A stretch of 64,000 nucleotides of DNA, from positions 27-64,026 of the forward strand of contig JAFUUZ010000026.1 of NCBI GenBank assembly GCA_017471285.1. Reading direction: 5' to 3'. This document shows positions 1 through 6,377 of the stretch, in pieces. Within the stretch, counting starts at the first letter, position 1. Each line of letters begins with the position of its first letter. This DNA comes from Paludibacteraceae bacterium. GTDB lineage: Bacteria > Bacteroidota > Bacteroidia > Bacteroidales > Paludibacteraceae. The notes beneath the pieces are model-generated. The model had not been told where the DNA came from. It did not search any database and saw only the letters and a program-made list of their open reading frames with translations. Made by a program: the position numbers and the translations under genes.

Positions 1-361
1 TGTATTCGGGGTAAGCTTTCGCGCCCCGGCGGATTCCGCGCGACTTTTCTACAAGAATGTAGCGCTGATAGCGGAATAAGGTGCTAAGCGGAATTTTCAA
101 GCCGTATTCTTTGCACCTATCAATGGCCCAGGCGGTCGCAAAATATTCCTCTTCGGCCCGTCGCATCTTTGCGGTCGTGGTCTCAATGTGGCCCACTTCG
201 TGAAGTAGGGTAAATGTTGACGAAAAGGAGTTGGCCCGCTTCCACTTACAAACTTTGCGTTCCTTAATGTGGGCGTGCGTGCGTCCCCAACATCCAGCCC
301 CGTCTGAGAGCGTGACGCGGTACTTTGCGACTATCTCGTTCTGTATTTCTGTGTAGGTCAT
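1..361 (-). CDS. HExxH metallopeptidase-like protein (C-terminus beyond window start)
   Basis: Hand translation from ATG 361..359 stays open to base 1: MTYTEIQNEIVAKYRVTLSDGAGCWGRTHAH...FTLLHEVGHIETT. HEVGH is an HExxH zinc motif. Absent from the ORF track because no stop lies in the window. Confidence 0.55.
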   Translation of the reverse strand, partial: MTYTEIQNEIVAKYRVTLSDGAGCWGRTHAHIKERKVCKWKRANSFSSTFTLLHEVGHIETTTAKMRRAEEEYFATAWAIDRCKEYGLKIPLSTLFRYQRYILVEKSRGIRRGAKAYPEY

Positions 362-373
362 AACTCGTTCGGA

Positions 374-526
374 TTATATGAATGTCAGTTCGTTGTCCTG
401 GTATTTGGTTTTGCCGTTCGGGTCGTACCAATAATGTGAGATAAAACCGTGACGGTCCACAGATTCGATAAGGTTGACTTCGACCACTTGGCCGGTCGCC
501 TTCACTTGCGCTTTCTTCGGTGGCAT
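374..526 (-). CDS. small hypothetical protein (50 aa)
   Basis: Track ORF 374..595 trimmed to ATG 526..524 (MPPKKAQVKATGQVVEV...), which removes the overlap with 538..801. The junction TAATCGAGCGAGTTATG resembles those at 376..359 and 63417..63399. Confidence 0.45.
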   Translation of the reverse strand: MPPKKAQVKATGQVVEVNLIESVDRHGFISHYWYDPNGKTKYQDNELTFI

Positions 527-537
527 AACTCGCTCGA

Positions 538-801
538 TTATATGCGGGCGCGGCGGAGCGTTTCGCGGGTGTAATACATCCCGCCGGTAATCCAATGCAC
601 GGCTTTTGCGGCGGGGTCTTTTTTCAGAAGGAAGGCCGCGAGCGTTCGGGCGCTTAGGCCGTTCGGCTCGTTCAAATGTAGTTCGATTGTCTGAGGGAAC
701 ACCGGGTCAATGGTAACGGACCAATTGCGGCGGGTGTCGTTCCGTTTGTAGTTCTTGTCAAGCGCTGCATTCAAGCGTTCGGCGCGTTCAAAAGTAGTCA
801 T
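538..801 (-). CDS. hypothetical protein (87 aa)
   Basis: Track ORF, co-oriented and tightly spaced with its neighbours. No recognisable motif. Confidence 0.5.
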   Translation of the reverse strand: MTTFERAERLNAALDKNYKRNDTRRNWSVTIDPVFPQTIELHLNEPNGLSARTLAAFLLKKDPAAKAVHWITGGMYYTRETLRRARI

Positions 802-849
802 AATATTTGCCCGCTCTGTTATCCTCTCGCGGTCTGAGGTCTAAATTGG

Positions 850-894
850 TGGCCCGTTCGGGTGTCGCTCCCGATTTCCACGCGGTGCGGGCCA
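850..894 (-). repeat. nested GC-rich hairpin element, copy a
   Basis: Outer stem TGGCCCG/CGGGCCA. Inner stem TCGGG/CCCGA closes the 7-nt loop TGTCGCT (AGCGACA on the - strand). Lies in the gap between 538..801 and 900..1319. Confidence 0.7.
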
Positions 895-899
895 ATGTC

Positions 900-1319
900 T
901 TAGGCGCGGGCAATGTGCATCCCGTCCGGGAAGCGTTCGCCCGTGTCAATATGGAAGTGAGCAGTAAGGCAGGGAACAAAGCCCCGGACCGTCTTTTTCG
1001 TCCGTTCGCCCCGGCCGTTCAACGGGTGAAAAACAACCTCTACGACTTCGGGGTAATCGTCATTTCCCACGAAGGAAGCGCGGGAAGCTATCATTATTCC
1101 CGTGACTTCGTAGCGCTTCGTCTCCCCGTCCCGGTTAGTTATCTTCACTCGCTCGTTCATTTGGTACGGTGAAATCTGCCGGGCCATTTGCTCGTCCAAG
1201 TGGTGCGATTCGTTTAATAGGTGGTTTCGCTCCATTCTAAGGGCAACTTCGGCCTCTCTGAGACCCTTGTCCCGTACCCTAATATCGGCTTTCTTGGTGT
1301 AATATTCGCTCGGTGTCAT
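900..1319 (-). CDS. hypothetical protein (139 aa)
   Basis: Track ORF. GGAGG plus CCGAACA lie directly upstream of the ATG on the - strand. No recognisable domain. Confidence 0.6.
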   Translation of the reverse strand: MTPSEYYTKKADIRVRDKGLREAEVALRMERNHLLNESHHLDEQMARQISPYQMNERVKITNRDGETKRYEVTGIMIASRASFVGNDDYPEVVEVVFHPLNGRGERTKKTVRGFVPCLTAHFHIDTGERFPDGMHIARA

Positions 1320-1337
1320 TGTTCGGTCCTCCTATCT

Positions 1338-1589
1338 TTACAGTTCCACGCAATAAATGTCAACATCTTCCCAGGAAAGGGAATAACCCGAAAAGTCGGC
1401 CAAATCCTTGTCAAGAGACGGGCGGGCAATTTCCCCGTCCTGCTCGGTCATTCGCTCCGCGCCGGCCTCAGCGTTCGGGACTGTGGTGTAACTTGCAATA
1501 TAGCGATAGCGCGGGCGGTCCAACTTCTTGTCGGTGATTACGAGATTCCGGCAAATGGTGTCGAAATAGGTCTTTATTGGCTTTTTCAT
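1338..1589 (-). CDS. hypothetical protein (83 aa)
   Basis: Track ORF with the ATATTATG start context shared by many genes of this block. Confidence 0.55.
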   Translation of the reverse strand: MKKPIKTYFDTICRNLVITDKKLDRPRYRYIASYTTVPNAEAGAERMTEQDGEIARPSLDKDLADFSGYSLSWEDVDIYCVEL

Positions 1590-1648
1590 AATATGTGCGC
1601 CCCCTTTGCTTATCGGTCGGGCATCCGTTCAAATGGTGGATAATTAGC

Positions 1649-1695
1649 ACCCCGGCGGCGTGTCGCTCGCCTTTGTCCGTCCTCCGGGCCGGGGT
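1649..1695 (-). repeat. nested GC-rich hairpin element, copy b
   Basis: Outer stem ACCCCGGC/GCCGGGGT (8 bp). Inner stem GGCG/CGCC with loop TGTCGCT. Lies in the gap between 1338..1589 and 1702..2349. Confidence 0.7.
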
Positions 1696-1701
1696 TGTGT
1701 C

Positions 1702-2349
1702 TTACTCTCCGAAACGCTCAATAGCGGGTCGTTCGATATTCTGCCACATAAATTGCCGCGCCCCCTCCTTATCTACGAAAAACGGGTTAATGTTCGCGGA
1801 CTGTTTGCGGGCGTAGTCCTCAATCTTTTTGAGCGCTGCGAGTGACTTGTCCCAGGTTTTGAGAGCGTCGCAGAACATCGCGGCCCGGCGCTCGTTCGAC
1901 TTTATTACCTTGTCGCAAGCGGCGGCGAAGGCTTCGCCGTTGATTCGCTCGTTCAACTTTTCGTCAACCTTGAAAATGTCGTTCGCGTAAGCGCTTGAAT
2001 AAGTGTAATATATACTGTTGTTCAATTCGTCGTCGAAGTAGCACCAATTGTAAGAATCGCGCCCCATTCGTTTGGTGTCAACTCTTACGGCCCGCTCGTT
2101 CAAATAGAACTTGCATTCATAGAAAAGGTTATTATAACCTTGTCGGCTTCCCATATCGAAGTGCGCGTACCCGCTCACTCGCTCGTTCACCGCGTCGGCA
2201 AATCGTTTGTTATACACTTTCCCGTCCCACTCCTTTGCAGTCGTTGCAAGGGTGCGGAACGCCTCGTTCATCTGCTCAAATCCTTTGAGAACTCCGGCCA
2301 AATACTGTTTGTATTCGGTCTTACTGAATCGCTTTTGTACAGTTTCCAT
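1702..2349 (-). CDS. hypothetical protein (215 aa)
   Basis: Track ORF, the longest frame in this stretch. Contains several copies of CGCTCGTTC on the + strand (recurrent NER tripeptides). No recognisable domain. Confidence 0.7.
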   Translation of the reverse strand: METVQKRFSKTEYKQYLAGVLKGFEQMNEAFRTLATTAKEWDGKVYNKRFADAVNERVSGYAHFDMGSRQGYNNLFYECKFYLNERAVRVDTKRMGRDSYNWCYFDDELNNSIYYTYSSAYANDIFKVDEKLNERINGEAFAAACDKVIKSNERRAAMFCDALKTWDKSLAALKKIEDYARKQSANINPFFVDKEGARQFMWQNIERPAIERFGE

Positions 2350-2408
2350 AATAGCGCCCCGTTTGGCTTCGCTCAGTAGCGGTTAGGGCTTCCGCGTCTG
2401 TTATTTTG

Positions 2409-2455
2409 AGGGCCGCCGGGGTGTCGCTCCCCGTCGCCGTTCGCCGTGCGGCCCT
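2409..2455 (-). repeat. nested GC-rich hairpin element, copy c
   Basis: Outer stem AGGGCCGC/GCGGCCCT (8 bp). Inner stem CGGGG/CCCCG with loop TGTCGCT. Lies in the gap between 1702..2349 and 2462..2704. Confidence 0.7.
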
Positions 2456-2461
2456 GGTCGT

Positions 2462-2704
2462 TCAATATGCAATAGCCGTATAATGTGCTATTGCCTTGCC
2501 GGGGTGCAATACCCCGTTAGCGTCGTAGGTGTCCGGCTCGCTTTCGTCCTCGTCCTTATAAACCCGGATTCCGTAAGCGGTCGTACTTTCAAGGCGGCGG
2601 GCCTCTTTCACGGCCTCGGCCTCCGTTGCAAACTCTTTCGAGCGGAAAAACTCGCGGCCCAATTTGTCGCGCTTATGATACATTACTTTGTAGGTCGTTT
2701 TCAT
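2462..2704 (-). CDS. hypothetical protein (80 aa)
   Basis: Track ORF, co-oriented small gene. Confidence 0.55.
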   Translation of the reverse strand: MKTTYKVMYHKRDKLGREFFRSKEFATEAEAVKEARRLESTTAYGIRVYKDEDESEPDTYDANGVLHPGKAIAHYTAIAY

Positions 2705-2715
2705 ATCCTCAGAGG

Positions 2716-2961
2716 TTAAGCCGTTCGGGGCATCCTTTTAATAATCTGTAAATCGTCGTAGCCAATCGTTCGCAGTTCTGCGAGAAGCGGCGCGTATTCG
2801 TTCGGGGTGGCGTTGCGGGTGTCCTGCGTTGCCCACTCGCGGCAACAGTCGGAATGCTGCCCGATATGGGCGTAACACATAATGTCGCCCCGGTTTCGTT
2901 CGGTCGGGAATACCGCGACAACTTCGCGGCTCTTGCGGTCAACTCTAAATAATACTTTCAT
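2716..2961 (-). CDS. hypothetical protein (81 aa)
   Basis: Track ORF. GGGAGGGCCGAACG lies directly upstream of the ATG on the - strand. Confidence 0.6.
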   Translation of the reverse strand: MKVLFRVDRKSREVVAVFPTERNRGDIMCYAHIGQHSDCCREWATQDTRNATPNEYAPLLAELRTIGYDDLQIIKRMPRTA

Positions 2962-2979
2962 CGTTCGGCCCTCCCTACA

Positions 2980-3231
2980 TTAAAAGTCAATCCGCCGGCC
3001 GGTAAGGTAGCAAAAGCCGTAACCGTTCGCCCGCTCCTGGTCTAATTCCTGCTGAATCTTGGCGGCGTGTTCTTTCCACGCTTGCGCCCGCTTGCGGGCA
3101 ATCGTTCGGCCCGTGGCGGTGGTAATCCGTCCGCGCGTCGCAATCAGTAACAGAGCGCCGAAAATAGCGCCGGCCGTGGGCCTGGTTTCGGGGGCTTGGA
3201 ATCGTTCGCCCTTAATCTGAAAAAGTACCAT
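2980..3231 (-). CDS. hypothetical protein (83 aa)
   Basis: Track ORF with a hydrophobic stretch AGAIFGALLLIA, so possibly membrane-associated. Confidence 0.5.
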   Translation of the reverse strand: MVLFQIKGERFQAPETRPTAGAIFGALLLIATRGRITTATGRTIARKRAQAWKEHAAKIQQELDQERANGYGFCYLTGRRIDF

Positions 3232-3254
3232 AATATAAGCCGCGTATTATATCC

Positions 3255-3401
3255 CGTTCGCGTTCGGGTCTTGGTCGGTCGTTCGGTCGTTCGGGTCGTT
3301 CGCCCGTGGTCGTTCGGCCTGGTTTGTTGGAATTGCACCCGCGCCCCGATTCGGTCGGGAGCGTCGCGCCGTTGCGCGGGTCGTTCGGGTGGGTCGTTCG
3401 G
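3255..3401. repeat. GTCGTTCGG tandem array in two blocks flanking hairpin copy g
   Basis: Units read in sequence: CCGTTCG and CGTTCGGG, then GTCGTTCGG at 3278, 3286, 3295 (ends GC) and 3309. After the hairpin, two more at 3380 and 3393. All sit in the 172-bp gap between 2980..3231 and 3404..3643. Confidence 0.8.
3337..3381 (-). repeat. nested GC-rich hairpin element, copy g (variant inner loop)
   Basis: Outer stem ACCCGCGC/GCGCGGGT (8 bp). Inner stem CCCGA/TCGGG has a 5-nt loop instead of the 7-nt CGCT-type loop. Confidence 0.55.
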
Positions 3402-3403
3402 TC

Positions 3404-3643
3404 TTAGTAGATATAAGACCCGCGCCCGGTGGCGGTCATCTTGTCAACGAAAGCGCCCCACGCGGCGCGGCGGTTTTCCTCCGTGGTCCGTATCTCAATA
3501 CGGGCGGCGGCTTCGTGGATATACCCGCCAATCGCGCCCACATAGGCAAGGCGGGCGAAGTCGTAACAACTTGCCGCAATCGCGGCGCAATCCCGCGCGG
3601 CTTGCTCGCTCGGAACAGTTACCGAAATAGTCCCTATATACAT
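3404..3643 (-). CDS. hypothetical protein (79 aa)
   Basis: Track ORF, co-oriented with its neighbours. Confidence 0.5.
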   Translation of the reverse strand: MYIGTISVTVPSEQAARDCAAIAASCYDFARLAYVGAIGGYIHEAAARIEIRTTEENRRAAWGAFVDKMTATGRGSYIY

Positions 3644-3702
3644 AGTATTTGCCCGCTATTTGCACCCGGTCGCGGTTTCCGTTCTTATGGTTGTAATCTT
3701 GC

Positions 3703-3742
3703 GCCCCGTCGCGGTAACGCTCCGCGCGTGTCTATTCGGGGC
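3703..3742 (-). repeat. nested GC-rich hairpin element, copy h
   Basis: Outer stem GCCCCG/CGGGGC. Inner stem CGCGG/CCGCG with loop TAACGCT. Lies in the gap between 3404..3643 and 3775..3993. Confidence 0.65.
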
Positions 3743-3774
3743 AATGTTGGCGGGCCGTTCGACCCGTCCGGGGT

Positions 3775-3993
3775 TTATAGGTATTTTTTCAGATGCTCAA
3801 AGAAAGCGCCCGCCGTGGCGAAGTAAGACCCCGCCGGGCGGCGGTAATGAGCGCGGGCGGCTTCCTTTCTCAGCGCGTCGCGTTCGTCGCTATTGAGGCA
3901 AAAAGCGTTTTTTTGAAAGTCCACGCCGGCGGCGGTTAGTCTGTTGATAATGTCGCGCTTTGCTTCGCGCCGTTCGTCCTTTGTTAGTCTCAT
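3775..3993 (-). CDS. hypothetical protein (72 aa)
   Basis: C-terminal part of track ORF 3775..4491, from ATG 3993..3991 (MRLTKDERREAKRDIINRL...). Its upstream CGCGCGAGAATATG duplicates the start region of 4118..4531. Confidence 0.5.
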   Translation of the reverse strand: MRLTKDERREAKRDIINRLTAAGVDFQKNAFCLNSDERDALRKEAARAHYRRPAGSYFATAGAFFEHLKKYL

Positions 3994-4117
3994 ATTCTCG
4001 CGCGGGTTTGTTGAGCCGGTCCACGCTTCCGGTGTTAAGTGGTGAATAATAGCGCCCCCGGCCGGAATCGAGCCGGCCCAAGTTCCAAAGGGGGCAACCC
4101 TCGCGGGGTGGTGTTTG

Positions 4118-4531
4118 TTAGTAGCTATCCGGGCGGAACTCCGGCGCGGTGCAAATGTAGCCGCCCCAATCCTGCACAATAGGCCCGGCGACCTCGTAAC
4201 GGTTTGCCGGCTCGAATTTGAGCGAATACCCGCGCGGGTCTCTATTCGTGCGGAACTCGTCGCCGGCCTTGTCTTTGTTTCCACAGAGGGAAACGAGACG
4301 ACGACGGGCGCGGGCCTCGGCTGCACTTTGTGCGCGTTCGGTTTCCTCAGTATAGCGCCGGCCGTAATCGTCGCGCCCGTTGCACTCCCATACGGCGAAG
4401 AAGTGCAAAAGCCGTTCATAATAATACGCGGACTTAATAAACGCGGCGAGATTCTCGGCGGGGATTTCGTAACGGTTTGCAAGGGCTGCAAAATGAGCGC
4501 GGCGGCGCGTGGTGGTGTTGGTCTGTTTCAT
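4118..4531 (-). CDS. hypothetical protein (137 aa)
   Basis: Track ORF with protein-like composition. First gene downstream of the leftward promoter box at 4812..4819. Confidence 0.6.
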   Translation of the reverse strand: MKQTNTTTRRRAHFAALANRYEIPAENLAAFIKSAYYYERLLHFFAVWECNGRDDYGRRYTEETERAQSAAEARARRRLVSLCGNKDKAGDEFRTNRDPRGYSLKFEPANRYEVAGPIVQDWGGYICTAPEFRPDSY

Positions 4532-4588
4532 ATTCTCGCGCGGTTGTTAACCCGTCCGCGCTTGCGGGCTTTAATTGTTGAACATTTG

Positions 4589-4636
4589 CACCCCGTCCCG
4601 GTGTCGCTCCGGGCGTGGCATCTTGTGCGCGGGGTG
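4589..4636 (-). repeat. nested GC-rich hairpin element, copy d
   Basis: Outer stem CACCCCG/CGGGGTG. Inner stem CCCGG/CCGGG with loop TGTCGCT. Lies in the leader between the promoter box at 4812..4819 and the ATG at 4531. Confidence 0.7.
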
Positions 4637-4811
4637 TTGGTTTCTTTTCGGGGGTTGTGGCGCGAATCCCGCGCCGGTCGTATCTTTTCCCAAACTCGCG
4701 GAGCAATTAAGCCCGACCCGCTCCGGCTTGCGCCGTTCCTTTTTGCAACTCTCGCAATATGTCGAAGCCGGCAAGAGTGGCGGCGGGAGGTGTTACAACC
4801 TCAACCCGATA

Positions 4812-4819
4812 CAAAGGTA
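4812..4819 (-). promoter_or_regulatory. Bacteroidota -7 box (TAccTTTG on the - strand) for the leftward small-ORF operon
   Basis: The + strand reads CAAAGGTA inside the AT-rich divergent region 4800..4926. Confidence 0.5.
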
Positions 4820-4926
4820 TATATAATATTTTATATATGCAATACTTTGACCCGAAAAAGTGCAAAAAAATGTAAAAAAAATTTCATCTTTGCACGCGAA
4901 CGGCTCGAAATAACTATATATTCAAT

Positions 4927-5454
4927 ATGTCGCAATTATCAGAACTTGAAAAAATCGCGCTTTCGTGGGCCGCAACCCTCGAAGCCGGCCCGGATTGGTG
5001 GAAATTGTACGAAGTTACGCACCCCGTTAGAAAATCCGAAATATTAACCGCCGGCGTTGTCTCGGCGTGGAAAAGGTCCGCACGAATAGCAAATTATTTC
5101 GAGGAACAAAAGCGCAACTTTTCCGCCCGTGTGGACGCAATCAGACAAGAGGAACGCGAACGGATAACGGGAGCAACGGAGCAGGAAACGAGCGAAACGG
5201 GCAATAATAACGAAATAGGCGCAAAGTTCGACTTTTCCGACCGGGGGCAACTGTTGCAATATCTTAACAGAGTAGCCAACACGAGCAAAGACGAAAAGCG
5301 GCGCTTTGAGGCGCTCAAACTGTTAGCGGATTTGCAGCAATTCAAGAAAGACGACCCGAACGGGGGCGAAATACAACGCTTTTACACTCCGTTAGCGTGT
5401 CAAGATTGCCCGCTATACCTCAAACAGAAAGAGAAAACACCGGCGGCGGTTTAG
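4927..5454 (+). CDS. hypothetical protein (175 aa), first gene of the rightward block
   Basis: Track ORF, charged and helical-looking (..KDEKRRFEALKLLADLQQFKK..). A small-terminase or DNA-binding role is only a guess. Confidence 0.6.
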   Translation: MSQLSELEKIALSWAATLEAGPDWWKLYEVTHPVRKSEILTAGVVSAWKRSARIANYFEEQKRNFSARVDAIRQEERERITGATEQETSETGNNNEIGAKFDFSDRGQLLQYLNRVANTSKDEKRRFEALKLLADLQQFKKDDPNGGEIQRFYTPLACQDCPLYLKQKEKTPAAV

Positions 5455-5628
5455 ATTACTTTAATAATGTAAACCACACCAGGCGACGAGCGCGGCGCGA
5501 AATCTTGCCGGGGGAGGGGGCAACCAGGGCCACCGAAGGGGCGGGAGGCGTTTTCGAGAAATTTTTTTGTGAATTTTTTTTCATCGGCTTTCGGGGGACT
5601 GAGGGCCGATGATTGTTTGTTGTTGTAA

Positions 5629-5839
5629 ATCTTTTGCGCATCTTTTTGGCAGATTTACAATTTTGGCCTTTGTAACTTACTGATTGACAATATCAGTTGT
5701 TTATCTCGTTAATCTCGTTACTCTTTTTGAAAAGCAAACCGTGAATAGAAAATATAGAAGAGGGATATAGAAAAAGATGAACGAGATGCACGACGCGCTC
5801 TGTTTCAATGCGTTACAGAGGAAAAGATGCGCAAAAGAT
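5629..5839. repeat. 18-bp perfect inverted repeat bracketing a 175-bp segment
   Basis: ATCTTTTGCGCATCTTTT at 5629..5646 is the exact reverse complement of 5822..5839. The right arm is a tandem AAAAGATGCGC x2. The interior carries tandem ATCTCGTTA x2 (5703..5720), an inverted AACGAGAT (5780..5787) and the palindrome ACTGAT-N7-ATCAGT (5679..5697). Confidence 0.85.
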
Positions 5840-5946
5840 GCGCAACTCAATTTACATACCCCCGTCAAACGGCCTTCTGAGCGGGGTGAGGTAATTTCGG
5901 AAATTCGATTTTAATTCATTTTTCGCCCGTTTTGAGCGGTACGACA

Positions 5947-5976
5947 TTGGAAGATGTTGGAAATTCTTGGAAATTT
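5947..5976 (+). repeat. TTGGAA(A/G)(T) direct repeats x3 at 10-bp spacing
   Basis: TTGGAAG at 5947, TTGGAAATT at 5957 and TTGGAAATTT at 5967, upstream of the 6025 promoter box. Confidence 0.7.
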
Positions 5977-6024
5977 CGGGTATTTTCGATGTAATTATCT
6001 GTAATTATTATTGCAATTTCGGGG

Positions 6025-6032
6025 TATTTTTG
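6025..6032 (+). promoter_or_regulatory. Bacteroidota -7 box TAttTTTG
   Basis: Exact TAnnTTTG, 13 nt upstream of ATG 6045. Confidence 0.5.
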
Positions 6033-6044
6033 CACCTTTGTGGT

Positions 6045-6377
6045 ATGAGAAAAGGAGAAAGGATATTAAAAAAGGCATTTCCCGAAAGGTCGGAGTTCTC
6101 TGAGGAAGAGATAGAGCTGGCGGAGAAGGTGATTGAGGCGTACCTTGCGCCGACACCGCGTTCCTCGGCTCTTCCGACGAAGTACACAGATGTAGGCGAT
6201 ATTCTTGAAATCGGCGGGCATCGGTATGAGTGTATCGTGGCGCGTCGGTGTTCTGTGCCGAGCGAGGCGTGTTCGGGGTGTGACTTCTCGCGCAAGTATC
6301 GCAATTGCTCAGATGTGCAATGTTCCCCTTTTGACAGAAGAGACGGAAAATTCGTGTGGTACAAGGAGGTGAAGTAA
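6045..6377 (+). CDS. Cys-rich hypothetical protein (110 aa)
   Basis: Track ORF 5967..6377 trimmed to ATG 6045 downstream of the promoter box. Contains CSVPSEACSGCDF...CSDVQCSPF. Confidence 0.55.
   Translation: MRKGERILKKAFPERSEFSEEEIELAEKVIEAYLAPTPRSSALPTKYTDVGDILEIGGHRYECIVARRCSVPSEACSGCDFSRKYRNCSDVQCSPFDRRDGKFVWYKEVK

Noticed and set aside
3775-4491. 238-aa ORF, and the 310-aa + strand ORF 4115-5047
   Set aside because: The N-terminal two thirds of 3775-4491 is a Pro/Arg/Ser-rich low-complexity frame overlapping the better ORF 4118-4531, so only the last 72 codons were kept. 4115-5047 runs antisense through the leftward genes and across the divergent promoter region.
4571-4774. 67-aa - strand ORF in the leader of the leftward operon
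   Set aside because: It reads straight through hairpin copy d, an element that is intergenic in all other copies. Its C-terminal half looks non-protein-like. A short CxxC peptide cannot be excluded.
4927-5454. Calling this ORF the small terminase subunit
   Set aside because: Only a vague resemblance in charge and helix pattern. It is 7.5 kb from terL and on the other strand. No TerS could be assigned with confidence anywhere in the window.
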